From positions 9,875-73,874 of the forward strand of contig PWOA01000103.1 of the NCBI GenBank assembly GCA_003564155.1: a stretch of 64,000 nucleotides of DNA, in the 5' to 3' direction. Shown piece by piece: positions 18,882 to 28,657 of the stretch. Positions within the stretch are counted from its first letter, which is position 1, and each line of letters begins with the position of its first letter. A program made the position numbers and the translations under genes. Origin of the DNA: Candidatus Cloacimonadota bacterium (GTDB lineage Bacteria > Cloacimonadota > Cloacimonadia > Cloacimonadales > PWNZ01). The notes below the pieces were generated by a model. The model saw only the letters and a list, made by a program, of their open reading frames with translations, had not been told where the DNA came from and made no database searches.

Positions 18882-21842
18882 GTGAAAAGATATAAAATAA
18901 TAATGATCTTATCATTACTTTTAATAGCGCTAACGACGTTAAACGGACAGTTTGGAAAGAATAAAGTGCAGGTTGAAAGGTCAGAATGGAATATTATCAG
19001 TACATTGCACTTCGATATATACTACCCAAAAGGAGCTGATGATTTTGGCAAGACAGTAGCTTTAATGGCTGAAGAAGCATATTATCATCTTCAAGAAGCT
19101 TTTCAGGTTCCACTTCAACAAAGAGTCCCAATCATTTTTTACGAATCCCATCTAGAATTTCAGGTAACAAATATAATTTATCCACTTTTAACAGTAGGAG
19201 TAGGTGGTTTTACCGAATCATTGCGCAACAGAGTTGTTATTCCGTATGATGGTAGTTATAAGAAATTAGAAGAGGTATTGATTCATGAATTAACACATGC
19301 ATATGTAAATCTGTTAGATAATGAATTTCAAGGAGGACGGATTTTCAATATTCAGCAGATGAGATTACCTTTTTGGTTTGATGAAGGATTACCGGAATAT
19401 TTTGCTGTCGGGGGAGAAGATAACTACAATAATATGTTTGTTATGGATATGGTTTTAAATTCTTCTTTACAGCGACTAGAGACCGTTGGAGGTTTTAATG
19501 CATATCGATTAGGTGAATCTTTTCTAACTTACATTGACGAAGTTTATGGCAGAGATTATGTAATGCGGCTTTTTTACGCTGCGAAAACTTCAGGTACGAT
19601 GGATAGTGCATCTCAAAGAGTGTTTGGCATGTCTTTCGAAGATATGCAAAAGCGTTGGCATAACTATCTTTTTCGCAAGTATACTCCGTATTTAAATACT
19701 CGCAATATTCCTTACGAAATGTATAATAAAAGAACGGATCATGTAAAAGATAACTCATATTTTAATTTTGCACCTCGCTTTGCACCTGATGGTAATAGTT
19801 ATCTTTATCTCTCGAATAGAAATCAAAGAATGAGTATTTGGCGTGGAATGACGATTGACATATTTGAGGACCAGCTTATACTTAGGGGGGAAACTACTGG
19901 AAAATTTGAACAGTTTCATTTTTTAAGAAGTAACATCAGTTGGTTTCCCGATAGCCAGCATTTTGCTTTTGTTGCTAAAACAAAAGTTGGGGATGTTATT
20001 TATGTTATGGATGTCCAATCAAAAGAAGTCACTTATTCATATGAAATGTTTGATTTTGATGCTGTCTACGAAATTGATATTTGTCCGCAAGGCAATATGA
20101 TTGTATTTGCCGGTCAGAAAGAGTTTAAGAACAATATTTATTACATGGATCTGGACACGAACGAGATAGAAACCATTACTAATGACTCATATTATGATCA
20201 CCAGCCTCGTTGGTCAAATGATGGTAATAAAATTGTGTTTACCTCAGAAAGAAAAGAAAAAATAGAATCCAAGTATGATCATATATTTAACAGGCTAACT
20301 AATCAAATTTATTATTTTGATATTAATGAAGATCGTTTTTATCAAGTCACTGACGATGAGTTTAACAATCATTCACCAATGTGGGATAGTACAGGAACTA
20401 AGATCCTATTTATTTCTGAAGAAGATAATATTTCTAATTATCATGTGATTGACTTATTAAAAGGCGTTAGAGCTGTTATGACACAAGTTTTGACAGGTGT
20501 TTTCGGAGGTCATTTAAACTATAAAAATGATTTATTGATTATACCTGTTTATTATAGTAATGGTTGGAATATTTATACTCATCGTAATCCATTAGACAAT
20601 CTTAACTATATCTCATATAAAAAACCTCAGATGACTTTTATGGATGAAGATTTCGACGATCAATTTCAACTATATCGTTATCGCTATTACGGTTATAAAG
20701 AAGACTTTTTTTCAATTAATGATGAAGATGTTGAACCTGACGAATTAACCTACCTGAGTTCTACTGCTTCACAAAACTTGCATCCGAAACCTAATGTTGT
20801 GAATGAACCTAAAATTGAACCATATAAGGTGAGGTTTCATTTAGACAGACTGTGGGGTGGTGCCGCTTATTCATCAACGTATGGAACTATCGGCAACTTA
20901 CAACTTGGATTTAGTGATATGATGGGAGATCATACCATAGGTGTTCAGTTCGGTCTTAAGGGTGAATTAAAATATTCCGACCTGATTTTTAGTTATTTAT
21001 ATCTTCCCAGAAGAATTGATTATGGTCTTGGAATATTCAATCTCAATGATGATTATATATTATACTACCCTCAAACAGAAGAATATATTAGTGTGAGGGA
21101 ACGAGATGCCGGTTTATATTCTCTTATAAGATACCCACTTAATCGTTTTTGGAGAATTGATTTGGAGAATTATGTTTATCGTCATCAGCAGTATTTGGAA
21201 ATATGGGATGGGAGGTCAGATAATTGGCAAGAATTATATGATGAGACAGGCTATGTTTACTCACCTCAACTCAGACTTGTTCATGATAACGTTCTTTTTG
21301 CTTATACAGGACCTATTAGTGGTTGGCGTGGTTTCTTAGCTTTTAATAAAAGTTTTTCACGAACATATGATGAATTCTTTACTATACGTTCAGATATAAG
21401 ATCTTATACCTTATTCAGTAAAAACTATTCATTTGTTACCCGGCTCAATTTAGGTAAAAGCAGGGGTGAGAATCCTCAAAAATTTCGTATAGACGGGTAT
21501 TATGGTGTAAGAGGTTTAACAGAATTAAAAAGAGGACGAAATAAAGCAGTTGGAACTTTAGAACTAAGATTCCCGTTTATTGATAGGATAAATATGCAAT
21601 TCCCACTTCCTATGAGCTTGAAAAATATAAGAGGAAGTATCTTTACTGATATTGGCGCGGTTTGGGATGATAGCTTTAGAGGAATGAAAGATGGCGTTTT
21701 AGAAGACTTAGTAATCGGATTCGGCATGGGACCGCGAATAAACCTAGGCTTCCTTGTTATGAAACTTGATATTGCCTGGAATTCTGATTTAACTAGCGCG
21801 GGTAGACCGACATACTACCTGAGCATTAACGAGGAATTCTAA
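18882..21842 (+). CDS. multidomain outer-membrane protein: HExxH peptidase-like domain, PD40/TolB-like beta-propeller, Omp85 (bacterial surface antigen) beta-barrel
   Basis: It has a signal peptide, then HELTHAYVN plus FDEGLPEYFA (gluzincin-like). PD40-like repeats follow (FAPDGNSYLYLSNR, RWSNDGNKIVFTSER, MWDSTGTKILFISE). The C-terminus looks like an Omp85 barrel (GSIFTDIGAVWDD...) and ends in INEEF. Confidence 0.65.
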   Translation: MKRYKIIMILSLLLIALTTLNGQFGKNKVQVERSEWNIISTLHFDIYYPKGADDFGKTVALMAEEAYYHLQEAFQVPLQQRVPIIFYESHLEFQVTNIIYPLLTVGVGGFTESLRNRVVIPYDGSYKKLEEVLIHELTHAYVNLLDNEFQGGRIFNIQQMRLPFWFDEGLPEYFAVGGEDNYNNMFVMDMVLNSSLQRLETVGGFNAYRLGESFLTYIDEVYGRDYVMRLFYAAKTSGTMDSASQRVFGMSFEDMQKRWHNYLFRKYTPYLNTRNIPYEMYNKRTDHVKDNSYFNFAPRFAPDGNSYLYLSNRNQRMSIWRGMTIDIFEDQLILRGETTGKFEQFHFLRSNISWFPDSQHFAFVAKTKVGDVIYVMDVQSKEVTYSYEMFDFDAVYEIDICPQGNMIVFAGQKEFKNNIYYMDLDTNEIETITNDSYYDHQPRWSNDGNKIVFTSERKEKIESKYDHIFNRLTNQIYYFDINEDRFYQVTDDEFNNHSPMWDSTGTKILFISEEDNISNYHVIDLLKGVRAVMTQVLTGVFGGHLNYKNDLLIIPVYYSNGWNIYTHRNPLDNLNYISYKKPQMTFMDEDFDDQFQLYRYRYYGYKEDFFSINDEDVEPDELTYLSSTASQNLHPKPNVVNEPKIEPYKVRFHLDRLWGGAAYSSTYGTIGNLQLGFSDMMGDHTIGVQFGLKGELKYSDLIFSYLYLPRRIDYGLGIFNLNDDYILYYPQTEEYISVRERDAGLYSLIRYPLNRFWRIDLENYVYRHQQYLEIWDGRSDNWQELYDETGYVYSPQLRLVHDNVLFAYTGPISGWRGFLAFNKSFSRTYDEFFTIRSDIRSYTLFSKNYSFVTRLNLGKSRGENPQKFRIDGYYGVRGLTELKRGRNKAVGTLELRFPFIDRINMQFPLPMSLKNIRGSIFTDIGAVWDDSFRGMKDGVLEDLVIGFGMGPRINLGFLVMKLDIAWNSDLTSAGRPTYYLSINEEF

Positions 21843-21923
21843 ATTAATAAAACCATTTTTAATACTAATAGATAATTATTACACAATAAATAAAACATAA
21901 TGATTTAATTTAGGGAGATTAAT

Positions 21924-23339
21924 GTGGCACAAGGTTTAATGATAAGTGTATCAGGTATTAGAGGAGTTTTTGGCACTTCTTTAACTCCGGAGAATGTTTT
22001 AAAATATGCAACTTATTTTGGGATTTACTGCCAGATGAAACAATCCGAAAAGTTACCAAAAGATCTATCAACGGAAAATAGAAAAATACAAGTTGTGATC
22101 GGCAGAGATAGTCGTTTGACAGGAAGAACTCTCTGTTATGCAGTTCGATCAGCATTAATCAGTGTTGGCTGCAACGTTATTGATTTAGGTGTTGTTGCGA
22201 CGCCAACATTACTTTTTTCGACTAAAGAATTACATGCTGATGGTGGCATTTGTATTACAGCTTCTCATAACCCGGCCCAATGGAACGCATTAAAGTTATG
22301 TAGTGATAGAGGAATGTTTCTTTTCCCTGAAGAAGTTCAACAGTTTCATCAAATCATGGAAAATAAAATTGTTTATGCCGACTGGGATAAACAGGGACAG
22401 GTTATTACAAATTATGATATGATTCAATCACATATTGATAAGATACTGTCAATTCCATATGTTAATAATGAAAAGATATATAAAAAGAAATTCAAAGTAG
22501 TTATTGATTCTGTTAACGGAGCTGGAGGTTTGATTTCACCTTATTTGTTAAAAAAATTAGGGTGTGAAGTTATAAATATTAACGAACAACCCACGGGAAT
22601 CTTTGCTCATAACCCCGAACCACTTGGTAAAAACTTGCAGCAATTGCAAGAGGCAGTTTTATCAAATAAAGCTGATATTGGCTTTGCCACCGACCCTGAT
22701 GTCGACAGATTATCAATTATTTCTAATAAAGGTGAAGCTATAGGAGAAGAATTATCTCTTGTTTTAGCTGCAAAATATGTTTTGTCAAGAAAACAAGGGG
22801 ATATTGTTACGAACTGTTCCACTACTATGGCGATAGAGGATATTGCTGACTTCTATCGTAGAAGTGTATACAGGACGAAAGTTGGAGAAATTAATGTGGG
22901 GAAAAAAATGTTAGAGATGAATGCCGCTGTCGGTGGGGAAGGGAATGGTGGAATTATTTGTCCGGAAGTAAACTATACAAGGGATGCTTGTGCTGGAATG
23001 GCTATAATTCTCGGTTTATTAGCTGAAGAAGATTTGAGTATATCACAGATTGTAGATCAAATACCTAAATACTTTATAACCAAAGACAAGGTGGAATTAC
23101 AAAATGTCGATTTTAATAAAGTTGTTCAACAACTGCAAGAATTCTATTTTAATCAAACAATTGATAAAACCGATGGATTGAAAATTATCGATGATAACTA
23201 TTGGATTCATATAAGAAAATCCGGCACAGAACCAATAATTAGGATTTATGTAGAGAGTGATTCACAAGATAAATCAAACAGCTTATGTCTTGAAGCCAAA
23301 ACAAGATTGATTTTGTCAATGCAAAAAAAGTTGAAGTGA
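21924..23339 (+). CDS. alpha-D-phosphohexomutase family enzyme (phosphoglucosamine/phosphomanno/phosphoglucomutase-like)
   Basis: The active-site loop is CITASHNPAQWNALK and the metal loop is GFATDPDVDRL. The sugar loop is GGEGNGG and the C-terminal phosphate-binding segment is RKSGTEP. Confidence 0.82.
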   Translation: MAQGLMISVSGIRGVFGTSLTPENVLKYATYFGIYCQMKQSEKLPKDLSTENRKIQVVIGRDSRLTGRTLCYAVRSALISVGCNVIDLGVVATPTLLFSTKELHADGGICITASHNPAQWNALKLCSDRGMFLFPEEVQQFHQIMENKIVYADWDKQGQVITNYDMIQSHIDKILSIPYVNNEKIYKKKFKVVIDSVNGAGGLISPYLLKKLGCEVININEQPTGIFAHNPEPLGKNLQQLQEAVLSNKADIGFATDPDVDRLSIISNKGEAIGEELSLVLAAKYVLSRKQGDIVTNCSTTMAIEDIADFYRRSVYRTKVGEINVGKKMLEMNAAVGGEGNGGIICPEVNYTRDACAGMAIILGLLAEEDLSISQIVDQIPKYFITKDKVELQNVDFNKVVQQLQEFYFNQTIDKTDGLKIIDDNYWIHIRKSGTEPIIRIYVESDSQDKSNSLCLEAKTRLILSMQKKLK

Positions 23340-23434
23340 TTTGGAGGTTTTTGATACTTTATCTTTGATATAATAATTGAACACTTAAACGCAAAAAAGC
23401 AATCATAAGCACTACTCGACGCATTAGTAAACCA

Positions 23435-24556
23435 TTACGATCGTTTAAAAACATTAATTTTATCTAGTTTAACTGATAAGTTTAATCTATATCCAACTTG
23501 TATGCGTTCCTCAGAAGGAACCCTTACAGTTAAATCTTGTGAAATATTTTTAGCAGAGACGATGACTAGTGATTGATATCCATGGTTTTCTACAGATTTG
23601 CAGATAGCAATAAATTTATTAGATAATTGGCAACAACTATTGTAAGATACAACTGAATTTATGATAATGTCTTCAGGTCTGATAGTAATTACAGTTTTTT
23701 GGTTAACATAAGGCTTCAGAAGGTTATATAAATTTTGATTATCTTCTCTGTTAATATCAATAAGAACGTTGTTGTGTGTATTGTTGTCAGTTATAAATAA
23801 TAAACGATCATTATTTATATCAACTACACCCGATATCAAATTGGTTTTACTAATGAAAGTTGCCACGAATGAACACTTGGGATTATTGTACAGATCTATT
23901 GGGCTACCTATCTGTTGAATCATACCATCCTTCATAACAACTATTCTATCTCCTAAAGTCATAGCTTCAGTTTGATCATGAGTTACATAAATAGTAGTTC
24001 GCCCCACAATTTGGTGTATTTTTTTAATTTCTTTTCTCATATATTCTCTTAGATTGCTATCTAAACTACTGAGGGGTTCATCAAAAAGAAAAGCTTGAGG
24101 TTCTCTGATAACGACTCTGCCTAAGGCTACTCTTTGTCTTTCTCCTCCAGAAAGCTCCTTAGGTTTTCTGTTAAGCAAATGATGGATATTCAGCAATTTG
24201 CTAATGCTAATTACTTTATTTTTGATTAAGTTTTCTGATGATTTATTAATTTTCAAAGGAAATGCAATATTTTCATATACGTTCATGTAGGGGAATAGTG
24301 TATAATTTTGGAATACCATTGCTATGTTGCGATTTTTAGGGAGCAGATCATTCACTTTATTTTGTCCTACGAAAATGTCTCCTGATGTAACATTCTCTAA
24401 ACCGGTTATCATTCTAAGTATTGTTGTTTTCCCACAGCCGGATGGTCCTACGATGACTATGAATTCTCCTTCATCAATATTAAGATTGAAATCTATTACA
24501 GCTTTGACGTTATTATTGTATATTTTATTGACATTTTGAAGACTTATGTGTGCCAT
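23435..24556 (-). CDS. MalK/UgpC-type ABC transporter ATP-binding protein with C-terminal regulatory (TOBE-like) domain
   Basis: Walker A GPSGCGKTT, signature LSGGERQRV, Walker B FLFDEPLS and H-loop THD. The start is taken at MAHISLQNV. No permease or binding-protein gene is adjacent. Confidence 0.85.
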   Translation of the reverse strand: MAHISLQNVNKIYNNNVKAVIDFNLNIDEGEFIVIVGPSGCGKTTILRMITGLENVTSGDIFVGQNKVNDLLPKNRNIAMVFQNYTLFPYMNVYENIAFPLKINKSSENLIKNKVISISKLLNIHHLLNRKPKELSGGERQRVALGRVVIREPQAFLFDEPLSSLDSNLREYMRKEIKKIHQIVGRTTIYVTHDQTEAMTLGDRIVVMKDGMIQQIGSPIDLYNNPKCSFVATFISKTNLISGVVDINNDRLLFITDNNTHNNVLIDINREDNQNLYNLLKPYVNQKTVITIRPEDIIINSVVSYNSCCQLSNKFIAICKSVENHGYQSLVIVSAKNISQDLTVRVPSEERIQVGYRLNLSVKLDKINVFKRS

Positions 24557-24595
24557 AAAAAACCTTATCAAGAAGTTTATTCATATTCTAAAGTA

Positions 24596-25168
24596 TTATT
24601 TTGATTTGATAATCGATAACCCTGCAGGTTTGATATTTATCTCAGTAATTTTCCATTTTGTGCTAAAAAAACAATAGATAAGTATTGTAATAATTCTTGC
24701 TTGATGGCTTATAATGAGTGAGTTAAGACTAGCTGAAGTAGATTCTATTTCACGGAGAATTGTTTTTGCTTTTCCTAAGTATCGGATTAACGATAGATTG
24801 AAAATAGATTTGATTATACACAATATGATCCAAAATCTAATTGATAGTTTTATAAATTTTGGGACAAAGGGAGGGTGAATGATTATTTCTTCTAAAGCTT
24901 GCATTTCATGAGTGTTAATAACATTTGGGTTTCTAAAAAAAGGTTTTGCTGATTGTTTTGTCCTCTTTAAAGGACTATAGTATATATGGTAATATTCAGC
25001 AGTCTTAATATCTTCTGCTCTGCTTAATATTTCTTCCTTTCCGACTGATGTAAGTGGAGATGGAATCCAATTATATAATAAGTCTACAAACTCAGTATAT
25101 GTAAGTTTTCTATTATAATCCTCAAGTAAATGCGATGCTGTACCATGCCTAATTATTTGTATCTGCAT
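24596..25168 (-). CDS. histidine phosphatase (phosphoglycerate mutase-like) superfamily protein
   Basis: The N-terminal RHG motif (IIRHGTASH) and a later SPLKRTKQS are typical of branch-1 histidine phosphatases. The hydrophobic C-terminal half is atypical. Confidence 0.5.
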   Translation of the reverse strand: MQIQIIRHGTASHLLEDYNRKLTYTEFVDLLYNWIPSPLTSVGKEEILSRAEDIKTAEYYHIYYSPLKRTKQSAKPFFRNPNVINTHEMQALEEIIIHPPFVPKFIKLSIRFWIILCIIKSIFNLSLIRYLGKAKTILREIESTSASLNSLIISHQARIITILIYCFFSTKWKITEINIKPAGLSIIKSK

Positions 25169-25333
25169 AAATATTAATGTTTGATTAATTCTTTAGCGGA
25201 GATTAGATAGATCAATTGATAAAAGACAACAAAGCTATGAAAAGCTGTTGCTATAATCAAAGAAAGTATGTTATAGAGTTTGAAAATACTTTCAATTCTA
25301 TATAAGCACATTAACAAAATTCTATATCTCATG

Positions 25334-26536
25334 TTAATCTTCAGTCTTTAGTCTGAATGTATTTTTATAAGTCAAACTGTAGCTGTATTTGATAAGTATA
25401 GGAGTTGCAATAGATGTAATTATGACCATGATTATGGTTGTAGAGAGTATGTCTATATCAATCAAATTGTTATGATAGGCCATGAAACTGATTATCAAAG
25501 CTACTTCACCTCTTGGAACCATACCAATACCGATTCTCAATGCACGAGTAAATCCAAAACGGGAAATTAATGCCCCAATCAAAGATCCAAGAACTTTACT
25601 GAATATAGCTATTAATATAAATAATACTTGGAAAAGTGGTTTGAAATTCAAAGCTTTAAGGTTTAATCCTAAACCGATACTGACAAAAAAGATGTCGATA
25701 AATAAACACCTTCCCAGGTTATTTATACCGGTAAACACGGAATCTTTATAGTCTGTTTGCCCCATTATCAATCCACAAATAAAAGCTCCCGTAAGAGCAG
25801 CTAATCCTAGTAATTCGGCAAACCAAGCAAACATGAATATAAGTGCTACAACTAAAGAAAGAATGGCGTTATCCATGGATAATCTTCGAATGTTAAGAAT
25901 AATGTTCAATATGATATATCTTCCAACTAAATAGGATACTACAAAGAACATAATTATTTTCAACATTGATATGATCAATGTTTTATGAATAAAATAATCC
26001 CCTGTTCCGGTATGTAGTGAAATACTAAAGACTAAGGATATAATTATTATACATATTATATCGTCGATAATGGCACTGTTAACAATACAACGGCCTTCAA
26101 TACTATTGAATTTATTGACATCAATTAACGTCATTAAAGAAACACTTATACTCGTAGCAGTAAATATTGTGCCGACCAGTACACTTGAGACAAAGCTATA
26201 TCCATAAATCATACTCAAACTGAAACCGGATATTAATGGTATTATTATTCCTCCAATAGCTGGAAATATTGCCTGGACGGATTCTTTTTTTAATCTGTTT
26301 AAATTCATCTCTATTCCGGCATTAAACATTAAAAATAACACACCGGCTTCAGAGATCCATCTAATAATTAGTGTATTCTCAGAAAGATTTAGCAGACTAG
26401 GACCTAGCACGATCCCCAATAAAATTAATCCTATAACCGGCGGGAATTTAATTTTTAAAAATAGAGGTCGGATGATATTAGTTAGTAGAATAATGACTGC
26501 TAACTGGAGTATAATCTTAAAAATAACTTCATTCAT
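25334..26536 (-). CDS. CPA2-family cation:proton antiporter (Kef/NapA-like, membrane domain only), copy 2
   Basis: 400 aa with about 12 TM helices. Na_H_Exchanger-type motifs include PPVIGLILLGIVLGPS and MFNAGIEMN. There is no C-terminal RCK/KTN domain. It is a paralog of 27399-28595. Confidence 0.85.
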   Translation of the reverse strand: MNEVIFKIILQLAVIILLTNIIRPLFLKIKFPPVIGLILLGIVLGPSLLNLSENTLIIRWISEAGVLFLMFNAGIEMNLNRLKKESVQAIFPAIGGIIIPLISGFSLSMIYGYSFVSSVLVGTIFTATSISVSLMTLIDVNKFNSIEGRCIVNSAIIDDIICIIIISLVFSISLHTGTGDYFIHKTLIISMLKIIMFFVVSYLVGRYIILNIILNIRRLSMDNAILSLVVALIFMFAWFAELLGLAALTGAFICGLIMGQTDYKDSVFTGINNLGRCLFIDIFFVSIGLGLNLKALNFKPLFQVLFILIAIFSKVLGSLIGALISRFGFTRALRIGIGMVPRGEVALIISFMAYHNNLIDIDILSTTIIMVIITSIATPILIKYSYSLTYKNTFRLKTED

Positions 26537-26577
26537 AGTATTAATTAAATATGAAATATCGGCTGATTAATTGATGA

Positions 26578-27396
26578 TCAAATAAACTCATCAGAATGCC
26601 CAATAATTTCTTTGAGACTAAAAACTTGGATAAATCCATTATTAGGTTTATTGAAGTCAATGCCTTCTTCTTTCATAAGGGATGCTATTTGACTTGGAAG
26701 TTTGTTGTCGGATATTGTAGCAAATATTAAATTCGTTTCCGGGCTCTTAATAGAGTTTCTGAGTTTTAATCCGGCAAAAATTGGGATTTCATAGGCAATA
26801 CGTTTAGATAATGAGGAAGCAGAAACTATTGAAGCATTGCCAATTCCCATTTCGACGAGCGATGTCAGCAAGTCTGCCAATTTTTCTCTTTTATGTAAGG
26901 TTATGACTAATAAGCTTTTATCTTCCTGATTATTAGAGCCATTGTGCAAATCATCCTTTTGTAACAAATTAATTACTTCATCAGGAGTTGAGCAAGTTAA
27001 TAATTTAGAAACCAAATCTGTATTTCTGACTATTCGAGATGCGTTTGCCAATAGTTTTAAGTATTCTTTATTGTTAGCAGAATGACATCCAATTAAAAGT
27101 ACCAATTTAGCGTTTCCTCGTACTGGACTTTCAAAATCAATTCCTTCTTTACTAATTATTATTGTAAGAAACAGTTTTTTGGCAGATGTACAGTGAGCAT
27201 GTGGAATAGCGATTTCCGGGAGAAACTCTGTATTACCGATTTTTTCTCTATCCATCAACGATACATAAAAACTTGTCGGATTAATGACAAGTCCTTTATT
27301 CGCAAGATCATTACTAATAAAGCGGAAAAGTTCTTTTTTATTTTTTACATTTGGATTTATATATATGATTCTTTGATTAGTATGGTCAAGTAACAC
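26578..27396 (-). CDS. PTS EIIA(Fru/Ntr)-like domain fused to a PII-like domain, copy 2
   Basis: The N-terminal ~150 aa form an EIIA type-2 fold with the phospho-His motif PEIAIPHAH. The C-terminal ~110 aa follow a beta-alpha-beta-beta-alpha-beta PII-like pattern (LLVITLHKREKLADLLTSLVEMGIGNASIVSASS...GFIQVFSLKEIIG). Confidence 0.7.
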   Translation of the reverse strand: MLLDHTNQRIIYINPNVKNKKELFRFISNDLANKGLVINPTSFYVSLMDREKIGNTEFLPEIAIPHAHCTSAKKLFLTIIISKEGIDFESPVRGNAKLVLLIGCHSANNKEYLKLLANASRIVRNTDLVSKLLTCSTPDEVINLLQKDDLHNGSNNQEDKSLLVITLHKREKLADLLTSLVEMGIGNASIVSASSLSKRIAYEIPIFAGLKLRNSIKSPETNLIFATISDNKLPSQIASLMKEEGIDFNKPNNGFIQVFSLKEIIGHSDEFI

Positions 27397-27398
27397 GG

Positions 27399-28595
27399 TT
27401 ATTCCTCATGATTTTTAAGAGAGAAAGTTTCTTTCCTTGTTGTGACATAACTATATTTGATTAAAAAAGGTGCTATCATGGAAGTAACTATAACCATAAT
27501 AATTGTTGTTGATAATAGTTCGGCAGAAATAAGACCACGCTGAAAAGCCGCTGAGCTAATTATTAATGACACTTCTCCTCTGGGGATAAGCCCTGCACCA
27601 ATACGTAATGATCTGGTGACATCAAAACGAGAAATAAGAGCACCTAAAAATGAACCTATAAATTTGCTAAACATTGCAAAAAATATAAACAACACTAAAA
27701 AAATAGGGTGAAAGGTCAATACTCTTAAATTTATACCTAAACCGATACTAACAAAAAAAACATCAACAAAGAATGACTTACCAATTTGAGATATACCGGT
27801 ATCAATAAAATGACGAGATTCGGTTTGACCAATAAAAAAACCGCTTAAAAGTGCTCCGGTAATGGCTTCTAGACCAAGCAACTCTGCAAACCAAGCGTAG
27901 AGAAAGATAAACACTATGCTCAAAGATAATAATGAATTTTCCAAGTTTAACCACTTACTGTTAATAAAGAGGTTGATAATAATATATTTTCCCACTATGT
28001 AAGTGACTACGAAATAAATCGTTATCTTTAGCAGAGGGATAAGGCCTGAGTAATATATTGACGCAGTCCCTTCATAAAAAGCGACACTAAAAAGGATTGA
28101 TATAATAATTATACTGAAAATATCGTTTAATATAGCGCTATTAACAATACACCGGCCTTCGACACTGTTAAACTTATCGATATCAATTAATGTCATTAAA
28201 GGAACACTAATACTGGCAGCTGCAAAAATTATCCCAATAATGAAGCTACTTGTTAAGTCGTGATTGAATAAATAAGTTATTAGGAAGCCACCTATAAAAG
28301 GAAGTACTATCCCACCTATGGCCGGGAAACTAGCTTTTTTGGAATCTTCTTTCAACCTTTTAATGTTTGTCTGAATACCGGCACTAAAAATGAGCAGTAA
28401 AACACCTATTTGAGCAATAACTTCAATAGTTAGATTAAGCTCAATAATATTCAACAGGCTAGGACCTAATAGCTTACCAACAAGGATTAAACCAATAACC
28501 GGTGGTATTCTTAATTTGATTGAAATCGCACGTACAATATTAGTAAAGATTAGGATAACTGCAAGGCTAAAGAAAATTTGTGTTGTTTGGTGCAT
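27399..28595 (-). CDS. CPA2-family cation:proton antiporter (membrane domain only), copy 1
   Basis: 398 aa, colinear with 25334-26536 and more than half identical by eye. It shares motifs such as PPVIGLILVG, FPAIGG and EGRCIVNSAI. Confidence 0.85.
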   Translation of the reverse strand: MHQTTQIFFSLAVILIFTNIVRAISIKLRIPPVIGLILVGKLLGPSLLNIIELNLTIEVIAQIGVLLLIFSAGIQTNIKRLKEDSKKASFPAIGGIVLPFIGGFLITYLFNHDLTSSFIIGIIFAAASISVPLMTLIDIDKFNSVEGRCIVNSAILNDIFSIIIISILFSVAFYEGTASIYYSGLIPLLKITIYFVVTYIVGKYIIINLFINSKWLNLENSLLSLSIVFIFLYAWFAELLGLEAITGALLSGFFIGQTESRHFIDTGISQIGKSFFVDVFFVSIGLGINLRVLTFHPIFLVLFIFFAMFSKFIGSFLGALISRFDVTRSLRIGAGLIPRGEVSLIISSAAFQRGLISAELLSTTIIMVIVTSMIAPFLIKYSYVTTRKETFSLKNHEE

Positions 28596-28657
28596 AATAT
28601 CTATAGAATATTTTGAATTAATAATGAGAAAAAATCTTCAGATTTATGTTAACATTT

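Noticed and set aside
23435-25168. An orphan MalK-like ABC ATPase next to a histidine-phosphatase-like gene, considered as a possible novel module.
   Set aside because: MalK/MsiK-type ATPases commonly serve several unlinked permeases, and the pairing has no supporting signal beyond adjacency. It is noted in the features only.
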